A stretch of DNA of 64,000 nt. Source: a virus (taxonomy: Duplodnaviria; Caudoviricetes). The notes under the pieces are model-generated. The model was not told the origin of the DNA, searched no databases, and saw only the letters and a list, made by a program, of their open reading frames with translations. Made by a program: the position numbers and the translations under genes. Below are positions 17,317-27,700 of this stretch, in pieces; positions within the stretch are counted from its first letter, which is position 1, and the number at the start of each line of letters is the position of its first letter. The stretch is taken from positions 3,875 through 67,874 of IMG/VR virus record IMGVR_UViG_3300014205_000223. The stretch is one strand, 5' to 3'.

Positions 17317-20300
17317 TTAATTTGTTTTCAAGCGTGGATTAACTTCAGAGTCTTTAGCGTATTCCTGCATTTGCAAATATCTTTGCTTAATAATTTCATT
17401 ATATTCTTTAAAAATATCTTGGCGTTCTTGCTGTGTTAAATTACGATCTTTTAATAACCCGGTTCTACGTGCTTTCACATCCTGAATTTCATACTTCATT
17501 CTACGTATATTAGCAGCCCTGCTTTCATCAGGATTTATTGAGTACAAGTTTACCCCGGCAAACCTTAACAAAGCCTGTGTCACTGTCGTTTTAGGTGCGC
17601 CGGTTTTCTTGTCAACATAACCTGTAAGAGCCTCGTGCAACTTGCCTGCTGCGCCTATGTCGGTTATCCAGGTAGGCATTGCCATACGGTACAGATAACC
17701 CATAAGTGCTGCCATCTGTTTTTCAGGCGGATCGCGTTCATCCATAATTTCTTTTTGCGTAAATGGGTCTATGCCTGTTTTTGCTGCGGTAATTAAATCA
17801 GGCAATGGCCCACCCAATAATCCAGAACCTTTAAAGGCTTCACCAATATCACCATTAGCTGTATTCTTTGCAAGTTCAGTCCATTGCGTCCAAGGGAAGA
17901 AATAGCCAAAATCCATTGCCTCCCAATTACCGGATGAATCTTTGTACGGCAATATATAAGCATGTCCCTGTTTCTGTAGCCATTCAGGCAAAGCCTTTTT
18001 CAGCTTATCAACATCGTCATCATCAACATCCGCTGAACTGGCTATAAGAGCAGTCAGAACGTAAGGGATGGCGATATAAGGCGCAAACCGTAAAGGATGC
18101 GTAGTGGCTACCTTTACCATTTGCGGCAATGCTTTAATCGCAAACGTAAGAAACGGTGAACCTACCGGAGCATTGCGTAAATACCTTACTGAAGGGCTAA
18201 CCAGAGAGTAATCAAACAATGCCTCTTGAGCCGCCAATATAGCATCTCCTTCAGACTTACCTTTCTTCATCTCGTCAATAATCTTGGCAGTCTTGAATAT
18301 GGCTTCTGATAACTGATACATATCTCCGGTTTTATCTACCAGCTTTCCGAACAGGTTGCGGACATGCGCCCAGGAATAGTCCCCTTGCGTCTGTGCTTGT
18401 AAGTCTAACATTTCCCGGTCGATACGCGGCAATTCCTTGGCGGCGAAGGTCGATTCAGTGACGCCGTATTTCTTGGCTATCTGCCAGTAACGTCCATTGC
18501 TGCGAATATCCTTGATGGCTTCTATGACACGGGTAGGAACCATGTGAAAGGATACTCCTGACAGATGTAACAACACGCCGTTAGAGATAAAGTTACGTAT
18601 CTGACTCGGAGGATTTGCCGCCACTTTTGCCCATTTCCACCATTGCGTTGCTTTAGTAATTAATCCACCATTTCCTAACAGCTTTTCGGCGTTGGATATA
18701 TCTCCTGCATTTATCTGTGATGCTCCAATAATGTCATCGTAAATTTCTGACTTAACCAGCAAACCTCGCATAGCGCCATAACGTTTAATATTAGGGATGC
18801 GTTTCCAGCCGTCCGGTACGTTTTCGTAACCTTCAAGTGCTTTGTCGGCTTCTTCATCCATGTTGTTTGCCAAGTCCAGTGCTTTAAACTTGTTTTCGTC
18901 TGTGTAATAAATAGCTTGTTTACGGATGGTTTGCGCTTCGGATTTAAGCCAGTACGGTGTTACCTTCTTGCCTTTCCATTCGATCAATGATTCAGGCAAT
19001 ATCCATTGATTGTTTTGTGATATTTCACTTAACCAATCAAGTATCGCCATATCGCGCATTTGCACCGCATAGCCCTTCGATGCAAGATAACCAGGGTCAT
19101 TTATAGGCCCAAGCGATAACGCCTTGTCATCAGGCAATAAAACGCCTGTTTCGACATCGTGCAAATGAACATCACCATTAGGCGCAACCTGCCATTGATA
19201 AGAACGGTTTTTCAGATAGACTAATGATGAAGGTTTCTTGCCGGTTCCCAATGCCGCAATATCCTGATCCTTGAGCATGAATCTTAAGTACAGTTGCGGT
19301 AAATAGCCACCCTTGTTTTTAGCGTATGTTTCCTCACTTAGCAATCCCTTGTCAACCATTTCCTGCCCAATATCAATAAACAGGCTCTTGGTATCCTCAG
19401 CCTGCCTACGTAATTCAGGATTAGCAATACTTCCTGAATTTGCATCTTTGGTAATCAGGTAATGCAATATTTTTGCCTTGTCCTCCCCCGCAGACTTGAA
19501 TGTATCATAAAGGTTACGCGATACCAAATCAATGTCAGCAATCTTTCCTTGAGTGAGGTATCTTGTTTTCAGATATTCGTTTTTATTGGTTAATGTGCCT
19601 AATGGATCAAAAACATTTAACCAGTCATGCACCTTATCTATAATGCCAGTTGCGCGTTGCCCAAAATCGGTTTGCATAGCATCTTCAATAGTAGACGCCA
19701 TGCTGTAGAGAATGTTGTTTGATTGTTCGCTAAATTCTCCAGTGTTGCCGATTGCGGATTTGATTTGGTTTGGGTTAAAAGCAACGTATGTTGTTGATGG
19801 TTTTCCGCTAGTTTTGCCAACTCCATTATCTACTATTCTGGTAACGATAACACCATCATATTTTCCAGATTCTTTTGCAATCCTAGCTATTTCATTAATA
19901 TTTTGATACTCGCCATTATAAAGAATCTCACGCCAATTATCTCCTTTAGCACTTACTTTAAGTGGTTTCTTAATATTCAAATATACAGGCATTACATTGG
20001 CGTTATCTTTGTATTGCTCAGAAAAATCACCTCTCCATTTAACTGTGTAACTAGACGCTACTTCAGGATCATCGTTAAAAAAGAATGTTCCGTTTGGAGC
20101 ACCTGTTTTGGAACTTTTTCCAGATAAAACTGCGTCAAATTCATCGAAATTACCAGACATTACTTCGCCGAGATTGCCAATATTCCGACCAGTTCCGTGA
20201 TAAACCCTAACAGGACGACCCTGTTTATCCAAAGCCTTGCTATCACTAAAACCATTCCAAAAATTCCTCAACCCTTCCTCAGTCGGATGAATCAGCTTTC

Positions 20301-23300
20301 CGTCACTGTTCTTTGTTGGCCGCTCTACACCATCGATGTTGATAGTATCGCCGCCAGACCATTTTTCACGGCTTGGATTCAAGCCATCATATTTACTAAA
20401 CTTAACTGACTCTCCAGAAGTTTTCCATCCAGGCAAAGACACAGGTTTAGCTACTTCATTACTAACCTTACCCTTGTTTACCACATCATCAGCACTGAAC
20501 ACAATGTAATCGTAATGAGTTCCGTCAGTTCTGCCTTTATAGATGTCAAGCAATGATTCGTTGATCTTGTTGCCGCGTATGCCGATTGACAGCAAATGTT
20601 CGGAAGCCGCTTTATCAGATCCCAGTTGCTTACTGAAGGCGTCGTAAATTTCCCGTCCTGTTTGCGCCATAACATCATCAGCCTGCAACACTGCATCAGG
20701 CAGGTTTCCGTATAACGCAGAATTAATATAATCGCCCTGTTCGCTCAATGGCTTACCCAAGTCCATGAAATGATCTTTTTCAGGCTTTATTTCAACGTTA
20801 TAAGTTGCACCTTTGGCTTCTTCGACAACAAACTTAAAGCCATTGTCTTTCCAGTATTTAGCTACTCCATTCAGATTTTTACCGGCATTAAATGATTTTT
20901 CAAAATCACCCCTAAAAACTGGGTCATTCACCAGCTTCTTTACTAGATTTTCTTGAGCTTTAGTGAGATAATTATCAATCTTGCCATTACTGAAAATATC
21001 CGGTAATTGTGACTTTTCATAGAACCTTCCATGGGCATCGGTTAAGAAATAATGCTCCCCTCCTAATATGTCCCTGTAGAACTTACCTATTTCGTTAAAG
21101 TCCGAGTAATAAAGTCCGAATCCGTTAGTTTGCCGTCCGGTTCCTGTGCCGACCTTGCCCATATCGAACTTGTCTATGTTGGCTCCACTCTCTCCGGTTC
21201 CGTGCCATGCTGGAAATAGGCCCATCACTTTCCCATTCCAGATCACGATCTGATCTCTGTCACTGACATCCTGTGTTACGCTTGGCTCTATGGCTTTACG
21301 ATCGGCTGCGGTCATGGCTTGACGTGACTGAGTGTTACGTGCTTCAACTTCACCAGCTAGTTTATGATAAGCAGCATAAGCCTCTTTCGTATCGTAGGTT
21401 TTTAGCGACTTTACTTTTTCTTCTAATTCTTGAACTTTTTTCAGCAGGATTTTAGTCTGTTGAACCTGTCCTTTAAACCGCTTAGCTTGTGATGCCTTCT
21501 CAAAATCACGCTGTGCTTTGAGGGCTTGTTTTTGCAAGTCTTTAATAGCCGCTATAAATTCTGATTCAGAAGTAAATCCCTTGGTAAGATAGGTTGATCC
21601 ATTGAGATTACCTCCGCTGGAAAACCCCTCAGTATGCTGAACAGCATGTTGTAGCTCATGAAGAAGAATTGACATGACATTAGACATAGGCTCATCCTCG
21701 CCTATTTCAATCATTGCAGGATCTACCGAACTGGCAGACGAATAACTTGCTCCTGATTCATATTGTGTCGTTACTGCTATGTCTGCTAACCCAGGATAGG
21801 CAGCAAACAGCTTGGGATGCTCAAGTATATCGCCTACCGTAACGCTTCCAGTAGCTTTAAATTGGTCATTATGTATGCTGCCAAACGATTGTCCCTTAGT
21901 CGGCCACGGTTTTTTAATGGACGCTTCGCTATCGTCAATCTCAAAGCGATATTTACCGTCTTTAGCTTGATGCCAGCCGGTCTCTTGGCGTACTCTTTCT
22001 TTGTTATTAGCTTTTGCTATTTTGACTAACTCGTTTCTTTCTTGCTGTTGATCGGAAATAAATGTTTCAGCTTCATTCTGAGTTAAGAATCTATCAACAT
22101 ATTTACCGTTCCTTGATACTTGAAACTTTAATTTACCGTCATTACCTTTATCAGTGATGGAATATTCGTTATCATAACCTATGTCTTTTATTTGGCTTAA
22201 CGCATCGTTATATAGCTTCAAGCGTTGCTGTGCAGTCTCCAAAGCGTACTTGTCTGCGGTCTGTGCGCGTTCACCGGCAAAGCTAAACAATGGCATACCT
22301 TCGTCGCGTATCTTTGCTGCCATAGAGGGTGTGATGATTAGGGCGGGTTGCTTTCCTCTTCCTTCCTTTAGCAAACCTCTATAATTATCTGCTTCTATGT
22401 AGCTATTGAAGCGTGGGCCTATCTGCTGATATTCCGAGCCTTCAAGCCAATATTCTGTACCATTACTTGCTACCCTGCCGCCTATTTCTTCTAGTATTAC
22501 CATACCAGCAATCTCAACACTCCCCACTTTGCCGCCGAACTTTTTGGCAATATCTATAGCTGCCTGAGTGATTAATGATGGCTTGCCTTGAGCGTCCATG
22601 CCGGTTTCGTCGCCGTACATGGTTTGCGTCCAAGCCCCGCCTATATCGAGATTGACTCCTTCTATAGAATGCGCGGTTGGGTTCTCTTGTATCCGGTCAG
22701 TCAAAGGTTTTCCTATCACATCAGCTAAATCTTTGCCTACCCAGCTATTATCAGATGCAGTGCCTATCTTGCCATCCCTATTAAGAGTTATTACAATTTT
22801 CTCGTCATCGTTTACAGGAAAAAGCTGTATCACTCTGGATATTGCTAAATCCGGTTTAAAAGCCCCCGCACTTATTTTCTCTATACTCTTTGACAGCGAG
22901 TAGAAATCTGCTTGCTGGCTTCCGGTTGTCCACGCCACAAAGCCTTTGCCTTCGTCTATCGCCTGCGAAACGGCTTTTTTCATCAATAGCGAGATATAGG
23001 CGTCGGTGGCTTTGTTGTTTTTGTCGGTTATGAAAGGTGCTGGCGGGACAGCGTCATAACGCTGCTTGGCTATTTTGGCATTAAGAATTATTACCCCCCA
23101 AAGTGCGGCGTCTTCTTTTGTGCTTTTTAGTATTTTTTTACCCTCACTGCCTAAAAGAAGATTTCCGTCTCTATCTTTTACGGTAAACATCTTTTCGTTT
23201 CTATCATCAGAGACTACTTTATAATCTTCCGGCAACTTTTCGATCTTTTGGCTCGCGAACGAAGGGCCTTTAAATCCCTTCGTCCGTCCATGCTGCCCCC

Positions 23301-24729
23301 GCTGGCTTTGAAACTCGTTGACAAATATCCCCTCGTTGCCGTTGCTGTCGGTGCGCGAGTCCATGCGCATCCACATGACTTGTTTGCCCTCGCCAACGTC
23401 TCCGTAGTGAGTGCTATCGCTTTCGTTATATTTCTCAACCGTCGGTATAGTCACCACAATCTCTCTGGCGTTCTTGCCGCCTGGGACTACGTAGTTGCTG
23501 TTGGCGTATTTGGGTTTACCCTCTTCATTACTTAGGTACTCTATTGCTTCTTCCCTTGTGTAACCTTCCCCCATTTCATCATCCAAGAAAACTTGTATTT
23601 CAGCCTCATCAGTTTCACTAAGTACCACATCAACCGTCTTAACCGTACCCGACTCGCGCATAAACGCATCCATATCAGCCTGTGTTACCTTCTCTTTAGC
23701 TGCGGCTTTTATATCCAGATAGTCATTAATCCCACTCCAGTAAATCTCATCCGGTTTCACACCAATCTTCCCCACGTTACCGCTATTGTTCAGCCATTGT
23801 TTCAACACGCTAGGCGTAGCAAACGCGGCTTTGGGTATCTTGTTGCTTAGAATCGCCCTGTGCAAAGCCGAGTAGAAACGTTCTGATTGCGCACTTGCCA
23901 ACAAGTTTCCACTGTCAGCAAAGTCTGGGTCGAATGCGGCAAAGATGCTGCGGATTTGGTTGGGTTCAAAAACAACGGCAACCTCATCTTTTCCTTGCCG
24001 CAAATCTATGCCATCATTACCTTGTGATTTAGCAATCTCGATAATATCTCTTTTGTTCATATCAAGAAAATCTTGGGGATGTCCTTCGTCGGAAAAAGGA
24101 TCATCTTTATTCAGATCGTATGAATAAATAGCGTCTTTAGTGGTATATGGGTTTTGTATGGCTAGAAATATAGGCATAATATTAGGAGATCCTTCTTTGC
24201 TTGATGCGTTCTTAGCATAAGCACCTGCTGAATATTGACCTTCATATAATTCTTTTTTACCATTTCCGTACTGCACTTCCTCATGAGCCGTATTGGATGT
24301 AAAGAAAAACCCCTCTTCATCAACATTAAAGTTCTTCCCTATCATATCGCTATCGAACGCTTTAATATCGCTTCCCGTTCCGTGATACCAAATCTTACTG
24401 GTATCAAAGCCCATCGCCTGAGCTCTACTAATCCTAGCTTCCTGCGACATATCCAAGCCCTTTTCTTTAGCACGTAGCCATTCCTTAGCCTCTCCAGCAC
24501 TACTTCCTTTGTAGCCCTGATTGCTGGCTTTGGCTATTACATCACCACTGGATATTAAAGCCTTCTCCTGCATCTTCAACTCAGTCACAATACCCTTTGC
24601 GACTTTGGTCATGGCAAGCTCTCTTGACAGAGACGGATTCGCCTTCATTAGATCGGAGGCTTCGGTTCTTACACGGGTAAGGTCGATTACATTACGGTGA
24701 CGGATTAAGCAAGTTACGGCTGTGGACAT
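17317..24729 (-). CDS. giant polyvalent virion/ejection protein (2470 aa): three ADP-ribosyltransferase-like domains, an LPD23-like domain and a HExxH metallopeptidase
   Basis: WYHGT (about 24390-23930), AWHGT (about 21210-20480) and VYHGT (about 20205-19730), each followed by an aromatic FF/LYY strand and V..VF/V.F strand; RQETGW....DGKYRFEIDDS; ILLHELQHAVQ..EGF..GG; helical C-terminal region. Confidence 0.8.
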   Translation of the reverse strand: MSTAVTCLIRHRNVIDLTRVRTEASDLMKANPSLSRELAMTKVAKGIVTELKMQEKALISSGDVIAKASNQGYKGSSAGEAKEWLRAKEKGLDMSQEARISRAQAMGFDTSKIWYHGTGSDIKAFDSDMIGKNFNVDEEGFFFTSNTAHEEVQYGNGKKELYEGQYSAGAYAKNASSKEGSPNIMPIFLAIQNPYTTKDAIYSYDLNKDDPFSDEGHPQDFLDMNKRDIIEIAKSQGNDGIDLRQGKDEVAVVFEPNQIRSIFAAFDPDFADSGNLLASAQSERFYSALHRAILSNKIPKAAFATPSVLKQWLNNSGNVGKIGVKPDEIYWSGINDYLDIKAAAKEKVTQADMDAFMRESGTVKTVDVVLSETDEAEIQVFLDDEMGEGYTREEAIEYLSNEEGKPKYANSNYVVPGGKNAREIVVTIPTVEKYNESDSTHYGDVGEGKQVMWMRMDSRTDSNGNEGIFVNEFQSQRGQHGRTKGFKGPSFASQKIEKLPEDYKVVSDDRNEKMFTVKDRDGNLLLGSEGKKILKSTKEDAALWGVIILNAKIAKQRYDAVPPAPFITDKNNKATDAYISLLMKKAVSQAIDEGKGFVAWTTGSQQADFYSLSKSIEKISAGAFKPDLAISRVIQLFPVNDDEKIVITLNRDGKIGTASDNSWVGKDLADVIGKPLTDRIQENPTAHSIEGVNLDIGGAWTQTMYGDETGMDAQGKPSLITQAAIDIAKKFGGKVGSVEIAGMVILEEIGGRVASNGTEYWLEGSEYQQIGPRFNSYIEADNYRGLLKEGRGKQPALIITPSMAAKIRDEGMPLFSFAGERAQTADKYALETAQQRLKLYNDALSQIKDIGYDNEYSITDKGNDGKLKFQVSRNGKYVDRFLTQNEAETFISDQQQERNELVKIAKANNKERVRQETGWHQAKDGKYRFEIDDSEASIKKPWPTKGQSFGSIHNDQFKATGSVTVGDILEHPKLFAAYPGLADIAVTTQYESGASYSSASSVDPAMIEIGEDEPMSNVMSILLHELQHAVQHTEGFSSGGNLNGSTYLTKGFTSESEFIAAIKDLQKQALKAQRDFEKASQAKRFKGQVQQTKILLKKVQELEEKVKSLKTYDTKEAYAAYHKLAGEVEARNTQSRQAMTAADRKAIEPSVTQDVSDRDQIVIWNGKVMGLFPAWHGTGESGANIDKFDMGKVGTGTGRQTNGFGLYYSDFNEIGKFYRDILGGEHYFLTDAHGRFYEKSQLPDIFSNGKIDNYLTKAQENLVKKLVNDPVFRGDFEKSFNAGKNLNGVAKYWKDNGFKFVVEEAKGATYNVEIKPEKDHFMDLGKPLSEQGDYINSALYGNLPDAVLQADDVMAQTGREIYDAFSKQLGSDKAASEHLLSIGIRGNKINESLLDIYKGRTDGTHYDYIVFSADDVVNKGKVSNEVAKPVSLPGWKTSGESVKFSKYDGLNPSREKWSGGDTINIDGVERPTKNSDGKLIHPTEEGLRNFWNGFSDSKALDKQGRPVRVYHGTGRNIGNLGEVMSGNFDEFDAVLSGKSSKTGAPNGTFFFNDDPEVASSYTVKWRGDFSEQYKDNANVMPVYLNIKKPLKVSAKGDNWREILYNGEYQNINEIARIAKESGKYDGVIVTRIVDNGVGKTSGKPSTTYVAFNPNQIKSAIGNTGEFSEQSNNILYSMASTIEDAMQTDFGQRATGIIDKVHDWLNVFDPLGTLTNKNEYLKTRYLTQGKIADIDLVSRNLYDTFKSAGEDKAKILHYLITKDANSGSIANPELRRQAEDTKSLFIDIGQEMVDKGLLSEETYAKNKGGYLPQLYLRFMLKDQDIAALGTGKKPSSLVYLKNRSYQWQVAPNGDVHLHDVETGVLLPDDKALSLGPINDPGYLASKGYAVQMRDMAILDWLSEISQNNQWILPESLIEWKGKKVTPYWLKSEAQTIRKQAIYYTDENKFKALDLANNMDEEADKALEGYENVPDGWKRIPNIKRYGAMRGLLVKSEIYDDIIGASQINAGDISNAEKLLGNGGLITKATQWWKWAKVAANPPSQIRNFISNGVLLHLSGVSFHMVPTRVIEAIKDIRSNGRYWQIAKKYGVTESTFAAKELPRIDREMLDLQAQTQGDYSWAHVRNLFGKLVDKTGDMYQLSEAIFKTAKIIDEMKKGKSEGDAILAAQEALFDYSLVSPSVRYLRNAPVGSPFLTFAIKALPQMVKVATTHPLRFAPYIAIPYVLTALIASSADVDDDDVDKLKKALPEWLQKQGHAYILPYKDSSGNWEAMDFGYFFPWTQWTELAKNTANGDIGEAFKGSGLLGGPLPDLITAAKTGIDPFTQKEIMDERDPPEKQMAALMGYLYRMAMPTWITDIGAAGKLHEALTGYVDKKTGAPKTTVTQALLRFAGVNLYSINPDESRAANIRRMKYEIQDVKARRTGLLKDRNLTQQERQDIFKEYNEIIKQRYLQMQEYAKDSEVNPRLKTN

Positions 24730-24769
24730 TTTTTATCCTGATGTTTTGATATGAGACATTATAACACAA

Positions 24770-27700
24770 TTAAGCCGCTGCTAAACATGCGATAAAATCC
24801 TGATACCCTATGATTTTATCGCGTATTTCCGCTATTTTAGCCTTAACGCCAAATGAATCGCTTTGTACCTTAGCTCCCATCTTAGCCAAAGCGTTAAGGT
24901 CGGCTGCGGTAAGTTCGTCTGGAGAAAAGCCCATTTTCAACATAGCCATACGAATTGAGGCTATCAGATCCTTAATGAGTTTGACGACATGAGCAGCGAG
25001 TGATTTAGGATTGGTGTTGTACAGGGTTATTTGATACGCCATAAATTCTTCAAGCTGGTCTGCAATCTGTGTCTTGGCGTTAATAACACGCTTAGCTGCT
25101 GCATTTTCCTGTGGTGATGCGTTGCCCTCAACCGCAAGAGAAAAACGCTCCTGCATGGCTTCCTGGAAGGAATTGACTGCTGCTTTCAGGATTGGATTGG
25201 TGGCGAGGGCACGATGAAAAAGCTCATGTAACAGAATGCCATGCACATTACCTTTATTAATTGAATCGGCAATCAGATAAATCGTACCATTGTGATAGAG
25301 AGCCTCAACACCTGATAGATCATCACCATTTTTGATTGCCTGACTTAAAGCATTGCCTTTTCCCAATAACTCTGTCGGAAGCTGGCTAACCGATTGCACC
25401 ACAACCAGCTTATTTGCGCCAAGCATCTTGCGCACCATTCTAGGAAGCCATGACTTAACTTCCGCAATTGTTGATTTTTCCGTGTGACTTGAGCCTTTGC
25501 TGAATATTCCCTTAAGACCGCCTTGTGTGACTAGCGAATTTGCCCTAGATAAAACGTGTTCCAGTATTCTGGGTCTTTCGCTGCTCTCGCTTGATATAAG
25601 GGAGCGGATGAAAATTCCTCGACGAGTCGTAGCCTCACCTGCTCTTGCGTTTCCCGCCAATGCTTCAGCTCCTGTTCGGTCATAATTTCGCCCGTTCGGT
25701 TGTGATGAATCATTCGTGTAAAATCGTCGTTTGTTAAAATCGTATCTTGCATTTTTAATCTCCGGGAATGAGTGTTCAATGTTTGTTACGAAAGTATGAA
25801 TTAAAGCCTTGGTTCTGTCAACATCATTTCCAGTCCATTTTAACGGCGCTATCCCAAGCTTTGCATTACCCTTTAACTGAGTCTCACCCGGTTCCATAAA
25901 ATCAGTGGTTCCGAAGCGCAATGCCAGTGATAGCATAGCTGACGTGCGTCTAATGGTAGCATCATCACTCATTGAAGTCGGATCAGCAATAAATACATTG
26001 CCCGTATTGTAGGCATAGTTTCCTACCGCAGCATATACCGCATCACCACGTTCGCCGGTGCTAAATTTGCTAACATCAATCCATAGCTCATTGCCTCTGA
26101 CATAAACATCAAACCGCTTGCCAAGTGCGTTTCTAAATAACACTTTCTTATCTGCGCCAAAATCTTCATCAGGATTTTGAATAGCTTCCTCTCCGATATA
26201 TTTAAAGTCTGGCGCTATATCCTTCATTACTACCTGTATTGTAGTCGCCTGACTTACAGGATAACGGAACATCTCATCAACTTCCGCAAGCTCATTTAGT
26301 ACTTCTTGAGCAAAGGCCGTATCATTTGACTTGCTAAACTTATTTCCTTCACGGTACTTGACAAGATCCTTCTTCTGGAGTACACTTCTTTTAGCGTAGT
26401 TGTTGCGCCCCTGCCGACTTGGGAAAACCGTCTTGTTACGGATATTGGGGCCTGCACTGCGGCTTCCAGAGCCTTGAGTAAGGTAGGTATTAGCACCAAG
26501 CAATTGCAGCTTGGCAGTCCTGCGCAATTCAAGGCTTTTTTCTTTGTCAAAATAACGCAATAACCCGTCTTGCAGCCATCTATTGATCACTTTATTATCT
26601 GTTTGCGAATCATAGCCGTTGACCAGAAAATTAGCAGTTAAGCCGCCTACATCTGCATTTGGCTCTATGATAATCTTTATCAGTTTGCCATTGAGAGTTT
26701 CTGGTGCGATAACCACAAGCCTGCCATCAACAGTATCGGAATCGAATACTAATGATGGGTCATCCATCCATTCCGGTATTTTCTTCCAATGATCTTCTTT
26801 GAGTCCGTGATTGTACTTGCCATCAATAACCTTGCTTTCATTTAGATAAACCGGCTGGTTATTGTATCCTAGCATATCTAGCATATCAGATTTATCCAAT
26901 ACCTTAATACCATGAATATTTGCTTTTTCATTTGCGAATAACTCATCTATCCTGGCCTCGTAGTTTTCCTTAGTTGTTTGCGAACGGCTGAATTTTAGCG
27001 AATCGTCTCCTGCCTGCTCTGCCTTTTCAATAACAATCAGTCTAGCATTTACCGATGTATTAACTGGTAATGAAGGATCATTAAAGGTTCCAGATGGAAG
27101 TTTTTCCTCAGTGCCGCCTACTTGCTCCAGCCAATCCCTGAACGCTTGCGCTTTCTTATCGCTGCCAAAGAATACACCTTCGCCCATAATAGCTACTAAA
27201 CGTCCTCCAGGATTTAGTAAATCATAAGCATGTTGTACATGGGCTGAATCTCTTCTATCGCCAAAAGGAGGATTCATGATAATCCTATCGTACCCGCCCT
27301 CGTTGAACTCCATGAAATCACTACCAACTACATTAAACCCCTTGGCTTCCAGCAATTCCTTACGGCTGTTTGATAGCTCGATAACATCCGGTTCCACTCC
27401 TGCTTCACGGATTCTTTCGGCAATATGGCCCATCCCGGCTGAAGGCTCAAGAACGGTCATACCTTCCTCAATACCTGCGGTTGCAATCATTTCATCTGCA
27501 ACATTAGCAGGAGTTGGGAAGAAATCTAAGCCGTCATTTTGACGACCGACCATAGCCCTTTCCATTTCCTTGATCTTGTCGGCTTCTTTTGGGGCTTCAC
27601 GCAAACCGATAAATTCACGAATGGCAGCACGTAATTCGGCGGGTGTTTCAATCCCCAAGGCTACCAGTCTTTTGCGCTTGTCAAAAGCATTTTCTAACTG

